Translations under genes and position numbers: made by a program | Notes under the pieces: model-generated | The model's input: only the letters and a program-made list of their open reading frames with translations | The model's database searches: none | Told to the model about the DNA's origin: nothing | Shown here: positions 24,038 through 36,490 of the stretch, one piece after another | Layout: every line of letters starts with the position of its first letter | Position numbering within the stretch: position 1 is the first letter of the stretch | Source of the DNA: Podarcis tiliguerta | Lineage: Eukaryota | Assembly: GCA_965153285.1 (NCBI GenBank) | Contig: OZ229110.1 | Reading direction: 5' to 3' (one strand) | DNA: 64,000 bases

Positions 24038-26864
24038 CGTGCTCTCTATGAAGGAGAACTGTTACATGCCACAATCAAACACACATTACAACCTCTTCTG
24101 TGGGCCATAATAAAATGCTTCCTTCAAGATGCATTTCGGGAAGGGGAGGGGGCCATGCAAGGAAACTCCTCTGTGGCAACTCCTGAACTAATGTTTTAGT
24201 CTCTTTTAGCATCTAGTTGCAGCCTGGGTTGCAGCTAAGCTAGTTTGTAAACAGGCAGTGAGGATCTTTTCTTAACAATGTAAGACCTTCCCTAGGCCGG
24301 CATCCTGCTGCCCTCAGGATCTTCTGGGAAGCCCAGAGCAATCATTGGATTGTTGTGTAGAAAGATGGATGTGTCTTTAGAGCACAGCTACATCACATTG
24401 TACACTATAATTTGTCTGAGGAACTTCTGCAAAGGGTTTACAGCCTCATTGGCTTGCCTCAGTCCCTTCCTTCAACTGGGGACAGATGCGTACCTAGGAA
24501 CTGGTGAAACGGGGCATAGGCCGGGAGGTGGGGTGAGCACAACAATCACCTATCAGACTATGGAGTGTGTGACACCAATGTGTGTGGCAGTGCACTGCTG
24601 CTGTCAAGGGGAGATCAAACACGGGAGAAGCTTCCCATCCTTCTTGCACCGCTGTAAAGTGATTTTTTTCTTGGTGTGTGTGTGGGGGGGGTGCTGATAC
24701 AGCTGCTTGACATGGACGCAAGGGACCCTTAGTATGCCTCTGACTGGGGATATATCTTTATTTATTTATTGTAGTTAAAACCAGTGCGTGAAGACAATCC
24801 TGTTTAACTAATCTTAAGGGGCCACAACTGTAGTCCTAGAATACTAAGCCCAAGGTACTGCGGTGAGTTTCTGAATAGTATGTGGAAAGGAAATTGGACA
24901 GAGGAACCGGGGATATTTTACTCCTATGAATTAGTGCACAAATGCAGATTTATAGCCTGCATATGTGTTTTGTTTTTACTGATGGCTGTAACTAGACACA
25001 CCTGTAAGCTGTGGCAAAGGGGGAGAATTAAAAATAAATGCAGAGAGACTGTAATAATGGGAGGCTGCGTTTCACAGGCTCTCCTGTTAAATCTTTTATT
25101 TCTTTTTCTGGAACGCCTTCTGTCATTTAGCAAATGGGGAAATTGTGTGATACGACTGCGCCGGGTGTGTGGGTGTGTTGTTGTTGTTGTTGTCGTCATC
25201 TTCGTTTTGGTTAAAAGTACTTCTACAATTTCTATTGGAAACCGTGAGCTAAGTTCAAAATTTGTGGGACCAGTTAACCTGTAAATAATGATAGTTTATC
25301 TCTGCATTGTCAAAATCCCAGTTCCCACAGCTAGTTCAATAAGTCAATTAATATCCACAAGTGCCGAGGAGGCAAATCTCCCTTCATATGTGTCTGGATC
25401 AGTTAACATGAGTTTAAAAATCCCATCCTTCTCAATGAGATTTTAACCTTCTCATAGGAAGGCAGGCTAATGAAAGGTAAATAAAGTATACTGCCTGACA
25501 TATGTTAGCCATTACTTCCTGTTCCTTATGTCACACATTTTCCCTGTTTTGGGATGATTAACATTTTTTCGTGGAAATCCTCACAGTGGTTATTTTGTTT
25601 CATGCAGTGCACTCTGCCAAACCTGGCTTGTCATTAGACCTTTGCATTCTTGGTGGTGTTTCTTGGTTAATTGCTTCTCAGCTGACTTTCATTATGGGAT
25701 GACTTTACCTCCAATAGTTACAGATAATGTTTCTTAGGCTGTTGACTGTGCCGAATTGAGTTCTGCCGAAAACTCCCCATTTACTTGGAGCCGTGTTCCT
25801 CTCAGGGAAGGCTCTTGTCTGACAGGGCATATTTTTGTAACTCACATAAAATTGTCTACTAAATGAAAGGGAAGGCCTGTCAAGGGAATAGGTGAGGTTT
25901 AATTGACCTCATTTTTAAAGCAATGAATCGGGGCTTTTCAAGGTTTTGAAGATCAACGTTTTCGATAAAGCGATGTCATAAAACAGTCCTGAATGTTCAC
26001 TGCTTTTGGCTATGGCGTCGGAGATTTTGCACACCCTGGCCGTAAAAAAAGCTTCAAAGATTTCTATCTCCTGGCAGCCAAGAAGTGTGGTAATAAGGTA
26101 AGGGTTGAAACACATTGTTGGCATAAGAAATCCTGTGCTAACACCAGATTTATAACACACCCAGTTTAGTAAGAGTTGGCACTACTGTACTCTGTTTCCT
26201 GACAGTGCTGTGATAATATACAACTGAAGATGAAACTGCCAAATCTCACACCTGAGAAATAAGGCACACTTTGGTTGACGATGGAGGAACTCTAAATTAA
26301 ACTTTCAGCATTTGTACAATGGAATCACGCCTCTTTTAGGATCTGCCATCGCAAAGGACTGAAGTTTAAAGCTTGCTTCTCCAGAATATTGTAAAAGTTT
26401 ATTAACCCCCTCAGGCGTTCATGTACGCAAGCATACATTTGGAGTTGTTACAATTTAAAGATTTACAGAGGTGGGGTTCAAAGCAATGTAGCAGTGTCTG
26501 ATATTTCATTGGGAGCACATGGACGTGGGTAATGATGTGAGTTTGGATCAGTAAAAGCTTTTTAGAAAGCTTAAAATGGCAAATGTTGAATCAATATATT
26601 ATTGTCACTCTTTGTCCTGTCTTCTTTTGTCGATCATCACTGAGTGTTCCACAACATAGGAAACAAAAAGGGCATGATTTGTATTCTGAAAAGAAGGCAA
26701 CCTTCAAAGTTTTGGATAAATCTGAAATTCACCTCTTATTTTCTTTTTCAAAATAACCTAAATAAGTTGAACTGGTTTTCAGTTCCGAATTCCATGGCAC
26801 ACACATGGGAAAGCCTTACGTGCAGGATTTCTCACCACCAAATTTCATATTTTATACTCTAAAT

Positions 26865-27050
26865 AAGGGGTAGTCAACCTTTTTATACCTACCGCCCACT
26901 AATACACCATTCTTGATGGTAAAATTTCCTTACCGCCCACCAGTGCTCAAAGGAAGGAGGATTCAGCTTGTGCCGTAGAACCCCTGACCACCCACCCAGA
27001 ATCCTGAAACACCCACTAGTGGACGCTAGGGACCAGGTTGACAACCACTG
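26865..27050. mobile_element. hAT (Charlie-like) MITE
   Basis: 8-bp TSD CTCTAAAT (26857-26864 / 27051-27058). TIRs AGGGGTAGTCAACCT / AGGTTGACAACCACTG. Confidence 0.9.
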
Positions 27051-27667
27051 CTCTAAATTGTCTAATGAAGAAGCTTTCATTATATAAGTAGCATCTCATA
27101 AACCAGATGAAGGAAGCTGTCCTAATTTTGTTGGAGAAATTGTAACATTTATCTATTATCTCATTAGTTATTTAGGGGACAGTACTATGGAAAAATCAGC
27201 CAGGATGGGCAGCTAAGAATGAAAGTTGAGTTGAGGCTGGTGTAGGTCCTCAAAAAGGGACATTCCACAGGTGTGGTGGGAGTGGGATCAAAGCCAGGGG
27301 ACTTAGGCTGGGCTGTAAGCACATTCAGCTCAGACACGTGACCTGGCAACCCAGTGTAGAACACTATTTTAAAGGCTTGTTGTCTCTCTACCAGTTTAAG
27401 ACAGAGCAGCAGCAACAGCCTCAATGTTGAATTGCGAGCTGGATCCAGTGACATCAACTTGCTTTTTGCCAGTTTCTTCGGTGTAGGCTTGTTCCTTAAG
27501 CTACTGTTGTATATAATTTTATATACTTTTATTTGTTTTGGTGATTTCTGCTGGTATCATTACTACAGGTTGTATCCAATGCTAATCCTACTCAGAGCAG
27601 ACCCACTGAAATTAATAGACATGACTAACATAGTCTGAGTATGACCAGCAGGATGCAATCTCATGAG

Positions 27668-27792
27668 CTGTGATATTTTTCTGGAAAAAGAGGTGCCCGA
27701 ACTCACCATAAATGCCTCCCTTGTTCTCTTATAATTGCAATGGTGCCCACATGACAGGTGTCAGTACTGAGTTCCATTGAGTTCCTGCTGAA

Positions 27793-27825
<33 letters not shown>

Positions 27826-27839
27826 GAAAAGAAGCCCTG
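27668..27839. mobile_element. Degraded hAT-type MITE with internal (AAT)n
   Basis: Right end ...AAAAGAAGCCCTG. Imperfect TSD ctcatgag/cctatgag. (AAT)n at about 27793-27824. Confidence 0.5.
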
Positions 27840-27979
27840 CCTATGAGTAATACTACACTCTTAGACTTTGCTGATTTGGTCCAGTTTTTTTTATTAATGT
27901 CATTTTTCAGTCTTTAAGCAATCAATCCTCATAATGTGTGGGGAATATTTTATTGCACTGTTGCTGGAAACTTTTGCAG

Positions 27980-28180
27980 ATTTCTATTCTCTTTACCTCA
28001 CTGTTCTTCCATGGAGCTCAGGGTGGCATAGAGAATTCCCCTCTTTTAACTTCACAACAACTCTTAGAAGTAGGTTGGCATAGGAGAAAGTGACCGGCTC
28101 AAGGTCACTCAGTAAACTTCGTTGCTGATCAAGAATTTGAATTCAAGTCTCCCAATCTAAATCACACACTAAGCACTGTG
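27980..28180 (-). mobile_element. MIR-like CORE SINE
   Basis: Colinear with 7857-8080 (ggagctcagggtgg...cacaacaac...caaggtcactcagt). Confidence 0.7.
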
Positions 28181-29337
28181 TTGTTGTTTCTCTGCAAAGC
28201 AAATAAAGCAATAAGCATCCTGTGAGCTTAGATGGGCCCCTACACATTTTGCTGCTTAACCTGAAAACACAGCCAAATTTTGGCAGTGGTTGACATAAAT
28301 ATTTATTTTACTTAGTAACTGAAATAATGGTTCTGTTGTTTTCCATTTTGTTTTGGGGTCACTCGTCTTCCTTGCCAGGTAAATATATTTAAACAAACAA
28401 ACAAATAAATAAAATGTGCTCACATTTCTCTATGGAGATGAATTCACTAGAGAAGTGGAAAATGTTCTTAACTTAATCTACCTTAAGTGGATTCTCTTCG
28501 CTCTAAACAGGTGAGCGTTAAGTCATTTTCTCCACATTTAATGCTTGAATTTCCTTTCAGACTTTTGATGGAAGCATTTTATTTTTTTAGACTACTAAAT
28601 AAAGAAGCCATAAGACAATATTATATTCCTTTCTCACTCAAGGTAGTCATTCACTTCCATAAACCCAAAGGTAATAACTACATAAAGTTGACTAGTCACA
28701 ATGCCTGTGGTATTTTTCTTTGCTTTCCAAATTATATGATTAAATTTTATTTCTTCCTGTGTTCCCCTTTTATATTACATTTCTTTCTCTCTCTTTTTTT
28801 TAAAAAAACACACAATTATAGCTTCTTTTATGCAGTGACGTTCTTATTGATCATTCAAAGATATATAGATTTGTTTTGAGACTCTGGGTGCATTTTTGAC
28901 TATATAGTCAAAAACCACCATTTGTGTGGTTATGTGTTTTAATTCCTCTTGTATGTTTTATGATAAATGCTATTACGAACAAACTGAAATTCTTATAACT
29001 GAATCCTATGCATGGCATAAGTCCCATTGTATTCTGTGGTGTTTGCAGAGGCTTGCAGCTTTAAAAATGCAGCAAGCTTTACAGACTGAAATTTTAAAAC
29101 AAAAAAAGTATTTTTCAGGCTTCAACTTGTCCATTCATGAGTAATGTGAGTTTGTTCTAATATATGAAAACTTCTGCATAGTAAGGGACTTAAGAGGACC
29201 CATGGGCATTAGGTAAAGTCCAGAAATTGGAAAGGGGTTCAGCTACACCCTCACAGAATGGGACCTATAGTCCTAGGCACTCCCAGCCAAAGAAGGCACA
29301 CACCTGACAGTTAATACATTTTTGACAACAGCACATA

Positions 29338-29579
29338 CAGTGGTACCTCGGGTTACAGATGCTTCAGGTTACAGACGCTTCAGGTTACAGACTCCGCTAA
29401 CCCAGAAATAGTACCTCGGGTTAAGAACTTTGCTTCAGGACGAGAACAGAAATTGTGCGGCGGCGGAGTGGTGGCAGTGGGAGGCACCATTAGCTAAAGT
29501 GGTACCTCATGTTAAGAACAGTTTCAGGTTAAGAATGGACCTCTGGAATGAATTAAGTTCTTAACCCGCGGTGCCACTG
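29338..29579 (+). mobile_element. Tigger/pogo-like MITE
   Basis: TA TSD. TIR CAGTGGTACCTCGGGTTA. Tandem 16-bp subterminal repeats. Confidence 0.93.
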
Positions 29580-31949
29580 TACTTACACCAGCTTCCATGT
29601 TTCCCCTCAGATACACACAACCACATATTTCTAGCCTCTAGGCAGCTGACCCGATGTCTGTACCCTGCAGAGCACTTGCAGCAACAGTAGGCCCATGCCC
29701 CCCTCCAGCTTATGTGCCCTCATCTGATGAGCTGTGCATACACAACCTGAGGCTTCACCTACATTAAAGTTGTTGATGCTCTTCCCTCTTCAAGCCCTCC
29801 TGGTTCTAGGAGACAGGAGGGTGGTAAGGATTTGACTGGCCTGCTCCTCACCCAAACAGCCTCTTCCTCCAACACATCCTATGCATCCATCTCTGTTTCT
29901 GATAGCTCTGACCATTCCTCTTCCTCCCCACCTGGGTGCCAAACCCTATAAATCGCTGGCCCCCTTCCATGGGTCAATCCCCTGGGCTCCTGCCTCCACC
30001 ACACGCTCATCAGAGCCCTGCCAGTCCCTGACACCTATGTCCACCAACCACCTTCCTCCCCGGTTAAACAGTTGAGCTAAGCCAGTGTGGAAGCTGATGC
30101 CCAATAGTCATGCCAGGATGACTAAGTCCAAAGTTCATATCTATGTGCACCAAACTAACTGGAAGTTTTTGGATTGTTACCAAGAACTCCACCCCACAAA
30201 GGAATCTTCCAGCAGGAGTAGAAGCCTTTCTAGAGTACCCTCTGCTTTCTGATGGACCAGCTCTGGAAATAAAGAGTGGCTCACAGGACAGGGAGCTGGG
30301 CGGATTTTCACCTTCCTATCTCTGCTTCAAAGATTTTGAGGTGTGAACGGGGTTCTAATACAGCCATCCACACATGGCAGTAAAGGAGCTCTCAGATCCG
30401 TCAATCCGTCATGTATGAAAGTTCTTGAGGAAACCCAGAAGCTGTATGAGATTCCTAGTGCCTGAAGTTCTTTACATGATGGCAGTGTGCATGTACATTG
30501 AGTATCCCTTTGCTGGATGGATCTGTATACTTGAAATCCTCCATCCAGCATGTCTTCTGTTATTTATCCTGGAGTTTGCGTGGGGTGGAATCCAATCATT
30601 CTATTCTCTGTCAAAGCCAAAGTTTCTGCCCATCTCTTAACACCCAGCTCTGTCTTCTGGATGATCTTTTCTTGTCTGCTTGATAAAATGAAGGTTGAGA
30701 TGTATTTCCCTGTGTGCTTTCCAAAAATGCTTTTAGAGTGGGAGGGTGGCACCTGACTCACTCGACTCTTAAAGAATAATGAAGAACATTGAAAAAGTCA
30801 TCCAATATTTAAGGCATACATTTTCGTTCAGTAGAAGTGTACTTCTCTGGTTGATATTATATTTTGCCTTTTTCTTGTTATTAGGAACAGGCTGCATTCA
30901 CAATAATTCAGGTAGCTGCAAACTTTGGCTGTCCTTTAATTCACAACCACTTACCCCCCCCCCCCACATATACTTCCTTTTCTCTGCAACTTGTCAGCTG
31001 CGAAAGTCATTATCTGAATGGATAGCCTCACATCTGTCAGCTGGGAAAGCAATTATCTCAATTGATAGCAGTTGTTTTAGTTGAAAATAGGCAGGTATGT
31101 CTCTTTAAATGTCTCAGAATGTTGTCATTTCATTATATAGTCAGTTGACATTACTGTGTTGTAAACATGACAAAGCTAAACAACTACAAAGTGTTACAGC
31201 CTATGGGAAACAGGGTGAAGGGAAACTCTCAATTCAGAACTGATCCTTTCAAAAGTAGAACTGCATCATCTTCTTTTATTACAAGAGTCATGAATTTTGA
31301 AAGTGCATGAGCATACTAGGTGAATAATTCTCTTGTATGGAGTATTTTTTCCACTGTTCTTAATACCCTTGTCACCTTGCCTTTCACCTTGCCATCAAAT
31401 GTAGTTTATTAGGAATTACGCATTAGGAATTACTCAGTGCACACCAACCCTCCAGTCTTTCACTGCTGCTACTACTCACAGTAGTACAGTATAATAAATT
31501 TCTTATACAATAGTGACAGCAGCAACAATAGTTAAACTACACTCACCATATCTGTACACAATGGTAACCTAAGATAGCACTCAGAAGAGGCTTGTCAAGT
31601 GGAGCGGCTAGGCTAGGCAGAAGAAAGAGGGTGGCGGGAAGGTTATTGTAGTCTAAACATACTGTTGTAGCCTATCTGCCCATCTGGCAATCTTGCCACT
31701 GTGTTTGCACTGCACCAACCTCTCTATTGCATCATCCCTCTCTCCATCCTGGTAAGCAACAGCAACCCGCCGCCAGGATGCTGGCTCAGTGGCTCCGCCT
31801 CACCTGGCGATCTGCTTCTGAAAGACAGGTGTCATATTGTGTCAAAAATTAATCGCTCCTCTTTTCCTATCAGCATTAATAAAGCACATTTCACTGTTCT
31901 TGTGTTCTTCACTGGAGTTATACAGGCACAATGCCTCTTCTTGTTGAAA

Positions 31950-32096
31950 CAGTGCTTTTTTCTAAAAAAAATATATTTAGGGCTACTCTCATTTTCCTAC
32001 TCATATCGAAATACTGCCCCTCAATGAGGCCAAACTTAGATTCACAAAATGTTTAGGGGTAAGCGTACCCCTGCGTCCCCCCAGAAAAAAGCACTG
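31950..32096. mobile_element. hAT MITE
   Basis: Perfect 14-bp TIR CAGTGCTTTTTTCT/AGAAAAAAGCACTG. Perfect 8-bp TSD TGTTGAAA (31942-31949 / 32097-32104). Confidence 0.93.
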
Positions 32097-32169
32097 TGTT
32101 GAAAACAATAACAATGGAAAGCTTGTTGTGCATATAGAATAAATCCCAAAATAATATAATCATATAATC

Positions 32170-32194
32170 ATAGATGATAGATAGATGATGATAG

Positions 32195-32238
<44 letters not shown>

Positions 32239-32335
32239 GATAGATAGATGATAGATGATAGATGTTGATAGATGATAGATGATAGATGTTGATAGATGAT
32301 AGATGATAGATGATAGATAGATGATCAAGATAGAT
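32170..32335. repeat. Compound (GATA)n/(GATAGAT)n microsatellite
   Basis: Directly visible. Confidence 0.95.
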
Positions 32336-33484
32336 GTACTTCACCCAAGAGGACTTTCCAAAGTTGGGTAACTGCCACTGAGAAGGTCTTGCCATGGGTC
32401 TACCAACTGGGTCTACCAAATGGAGGGACTCTTTTAGGGCTTTGTACTGTCACTATTTGGTACTATCACAACTTTAATTGGGGCCAGAACAGGGTTTTCA
32501 CAACCGGGTGGTGGTGGTTGTGGTAAATGTGCATGCTTAAGGCTCAGTGACGGTGACAGAGGTAGCAAAAAGAGGGTTATGGTAGTTCCCTCCTACACAC
32601 ATAGCTGGGTCTGTGAATTATTTCTTCATTTTCCCCCTTATATATATTACTTACTTACATCTCAGATATCAAAGGCCAGAATAAAGAGGTACATCTTCAG
32701 TACATGCCAAAAACCCAGTGATATTTAGACTGCAGTACTATTCAGTTACTTGGGAATAAGTTCCACTGTGGAATTTACTTTCCAAAAAATACATGAAGAG
32801 AGCTTAGTTTCAATGCTAGTGTTCTATTACTTCACTGACTCGCTTCTCATGCCATTCCAGTTCCATTGCCACTGGCCAGGTGTGCAGACTTCCAAGACTT
32901 CTGGGTTACAGAACTGCTTCTGGGAAAAATGTATGTTCTTCACATTACTTAATTTTTTGATACATAGGTAAATACAGTTGTACAAACCAGCGCTGTGTGG
33001 TGGCAGAAATGCAGTGAACAAGAAGGTCAGTGAATGCACATAAGAGGTTAGGTGCTTAGTTACCTACCTGTTGTTCTGAAAACCTATGTGGTGTTAAGGC
33101 TTCCAGGGGGTATAGGGTTGTAGTTGACTCGAAAGGTAACACCATCTATATCAACAGGCTTTAGTTCAGAGAACGTGCATTTAGGATGGGTGCTTTAATG
33201 TGAAATATGCAATTATCTATGTTTCATAAATCTAATATGTGGGGCAAAGCTTAGCAGTGCACTTTGCTCTCTCTCTCAGCCATCAGGAACAGATTTCCGA
33301 TACAAAATGCACATGCACAGCATTGCATGTATTTAGACAGCAAAATCCTCAGTTCGTCATTCATAAATTATCTCATGCCTGTATATTTTGTGCTCTGTAA
33401 CCTGTCTTTCGGGGCCTTACTGCATGTAATGTTCATGATATTGTGATGAGCCATCATGTTGTGTGTTCAGATATCAGCTGTGGA

Positions 33485-33761
33485 GGTGTGACATTGGTTA
33501 TCAATATTGCAGAATGCCGGGAGTTGATGTTTAAGCCTACCCACAGCTACAATTGCCATGGAACGCCCCACCTTCAGCAACCCAGCAGCTATCATTAAGC
33601 AGGGAAAACTCCCATTGTTACCAGTGAAAGGCAACCCCCCCTCCCAAATGCTATTAGCTTCATGCACCCTGGGAGAGGATTTCACAGAGCTTGTAGGTGA
33701 GGAAAGAAGGCTTAAACATCAACTCCCTGCATGCCGCAATCTTAATAGCAACCTTCATACC
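33485..33761. mobile_element. Old inverted-repeat element (MITE-like)
   Basis: Perfect 20-bp inverted repeat GGGAGTTGATGTTTAAGCCT (33519-33538) / AGGCTTAAACATCAACTCCC (33708-33727), extending imperfectly outward. Confidence 0.65.
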
Positions 33762-33790
33762 CTACTATTTAATTTTTAATTATATATATA

Positions 33791-34562
33791 ATTTTGCAGA
33801 TTCCAAATTGCTCTTTAACATGGAACATCACCACAAGAGAATAATCATGGAAGCCATCGAGATAGAGAAACACCCTCACAACATGAACAAGCGTGACGAC
33901 ACATCCCGCTTGCCAGACATCTGGAAATTAGCCCTCCCCACAAAATCCGACACCAGATCCAGAGGCACACAGAACGCCATCACCAATCAACCACACCAGA
34001 CCCAAACCCAGACCCTCTCCACAGATAAATTACAGACACCATCCAGTAGCCAAACCAGGGTGGCACCTCCGGATGCTGCACCCCCCTGCAATCCCTACAC
34101 AGATCTGGCTGGCACAGGCCACAAAACCACAGCTCGCCCCTATACACGAAGCCAAGCCAGAGCACAACCAAGTGCAGTACAGCCATCTTCTCAGAAAAAC
34201 TCTTCACAAAGTTCAAGAGTTCAAGACACGAAGGCTTTAGCAACTAATCCACACCTAATGACCCACCTAAGTGGGATTCAGGAAATCACTCAAGAAATCA
34301 CTCAAGATATCCCTCAAGTAATTAAGGAACAAAAGAAGAAAAGGCACACTAGCCTGGGAACCTCCTCTCTGCCCAGAACTTTGGAGGCTATACACCACAC
34401 CTCCTCAACAGTATTTATAGGAACTCAAACACTGAGATCCTGCTCTGTTCCAGTAACAAGAAGCCGAAAGCACCAGCCTGAAGATGACGAGTGAGACCTC
34501 GTCGAAACGTCGCCTAGACACCCCAACTTTTACACGGGAAGACACCCGAGGACACCAAAACC

Positions 34563-34565
<3 letters not shown>
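33791..34565 (+). mobile_element. 5'-truncated Penelope-like element (GIY-YIG C-terminus plus pLTR)
   Basis: ORF 33697-34494 contains NFADSKLL...HHKRIIMEAIEIEKHPHNMNKRDDTSRLPDIW, the typical Penelope endonuclease end (R...EAI.I......N.D...L...W). A hammerhead motif lies at the 3' end. Flanked by (TA)n. Confidence 0.9.
34472..34517 (+). ncRNA. Penelope-associated minimal type I hammerhead ribozyme
   Basis: CUGAAGA (34478-34484), stem II GACGAG/CUCGUC (34486-34491 / 34498-34503), GAAA (34504-34507), GUC cleavage triplet (34509-34511). Stem I is weak. Confidence 0.8.

Positions 34566-34598
<33 letters not shown>
34566..34598. repeat. (TA)n microsatellite
   Basis: Directly visible. Confidence 0.95.
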
Positions 34599-34599
<1 letters not shown>

Positions 34600-35875
34600 C
34601 AAGATTGCTAATCACTATTCATGTCACATGTGGTTAAGGATGTATTACAAATAAAGTACAAAGTTGTCTTCAGCACCTTTGGTGCATCTCAGGAATATAC
34701 ATGGATAAGATGGTGCATAATTTAAGAATACAAATTAACAATTTAAGGGAACTACTAATACAATGCCGCTACTGTGAGATGAGAAGGAAGTTGAAAGTTA
34801 TGACACAAGGCTGAACTTCTTGATTTTCCGTAGGTTATCAATGCACAGTAGGATCTCAGACACCAACCTTGCCATTAGTGAGAAACCCAGAATAATGGAG
34901 TGGTAGCAAGTTTGCTTGAATAATTCATGCTTCCAGTGCTGAAACATCAACCACTCATTTGCTCTAAATATTAACAATATTCTAAATAAATGTTTTGTTT
35001 TTTGCTTTGAACTAAAACCCGCAAAAACCTATCTGTGGAAACTGGCATTGTTCTAAATGCGCTCCCCTTACATTGCACGGTCTTATCTGTGAGGCCTTTA
35101 TGTCTGGAATCCTGATTGTGGCAAAAAGGAGTAAATATTTCCCCTGATGAGAATATCAAAGCCATGTGCCATTTCAGTGAAGTCTGGATGACACCTGCGG
35201 AGAAGCAAGTCATGACATTTTAGCTGACTGGTTGTTTTTCTCTCTCCTCGTCGTGGTTTGTTACTTCATTTTTATTTATGCTGACAGAGAAAAAGGACTG
35301 TACATGAATCCATTCAGATGAGGCCTTGGCGTACTTTTCCAATAATTCACATGATTCCTCCCCCCTACCTAACCATTCCCTTGTTAAGTAAGTCAACTGT
35401 ACATGCTAGCCTTATCTACGTGTGACAGTTCTACTGAGGAGGAAAGACGGTGAGGAGGAGAGAGACTTAAGGACATTTGTTTTAGCAGTCATGGAGCTTC
35501 GTATCCATCTGGATTTCTCAAGCACAGCCACCTTTTATCAAGATAATAAGGTTTGGGTTTCATAATACGGAGAGACCTATTTACATGTCAGGTTGGCAAA
35601 GTCATGACTGACTAAGGCTCTGTGATTCTTGAGAAGATGAAGTCAGGATCGATAATATTTATTACAGACCCATTTATAACGCAGGAGTCATGAAGAGCCT
35701 TGCAAGAAAGCTAGGTCTATTAATGGAACACACTCTAGGGGTTTTTCATATTTACCAAGGTCTAATCCTACTTCTCATTGGTCTAAACAGCCCAGACCCA
35801 TCATAGGTGCATTCGTAATGGAGAAACATGGGCAGGACATGTTATTTTATGTGATTTACACTGCAATCCTTATAT

Positions 35876-36276
35876 GCTGTTGTTGTTGTTTAGTTGTTTA
35901 ATCGTGTCCGACTCTTCATGATCCCATGGACCAGAGCACGCCAGGCACTCCTGTCTTCCACTGCCTCCCGCAGTTTGGTCAAACTCATGTTGGTAGCTTC
36001 AAGAACACTATCCAACCATCTTGTCCTCTGTCATCCCCTTCTCCTTGTGCCCTCCATCTTTCCCAGCATCAGGGTCTTTTCCAGGGAGTCTTCAAAGAAT
36101 GCTCCAACTACCGCACAATTGCACTCATTTCACACGCTAGCAAGGTTATGCTTAAAATTCCACAAGGTAGGCTCAAGCAGTATATGGACCGAGAACTCCC
36201 AGAAGTGCAAGCTGGATTTAGAAGAGGCAGAGGAACCAGAGACCAAATTGCAAACATGCGCTGGATTATGGAGAAA
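35876..36276 (-). mobile_element. BovB (RTE) LINE insertion with inverted 5' segment
   Basis: 35876-36093 is the BovB 3' end with (CAA)n tail on minus. 36094-36276 is plus-strand RT: KECSNYRTIALISHASKVMLKI...QAGFRRGRGTRDQIANMRWIMEK. 13-bp TSD GCAATCCTTATAT (35863-35875 / 36277-36289). Confidence 0.92.
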
Positions 36277-36370
36277 GCAATCCTTATATACAAATCCCTA
36301 TTGGCTTGGCGGGGTTTATTTCTGAGTAGGCATACTTCCAATTGCATGTAGTTTCTGTTCTCATAACCTT

Positions 36371-36490
36371 CCAGAAGGGTGGCCATTTTAGTCTGTCGTA
36401 ATAAAACCCAAGAGTCTTGTGACACGCAAAGGCTAACAATTTTTTTGTGCCAGAAGCATTGGTGAGCCACAGTCCACTTCATCAAACACA
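36371..36490 (-). mobile_element. Old Penelope-type pLTR remnant with decayed hammerhead
   Basis: Minus strand: tTTGATGAagtggactgtggctcaccaatgctt...attgttagccttt...cacaagactc. Homologous to 37183-37270. Confidence 0.65.

Noticed and set aside
29725-29760. CTGATGA motif (also near 19347, 35145 and 49167)
   Set aside because: No stem II followed by GAAA, so these are not hammerheads.
32170-32335. Regularly repeated units
   Set aside because: A simple GATA microsatellite with no spacers. Not a CRISPR-like array, and the DNA is eukaryotic.
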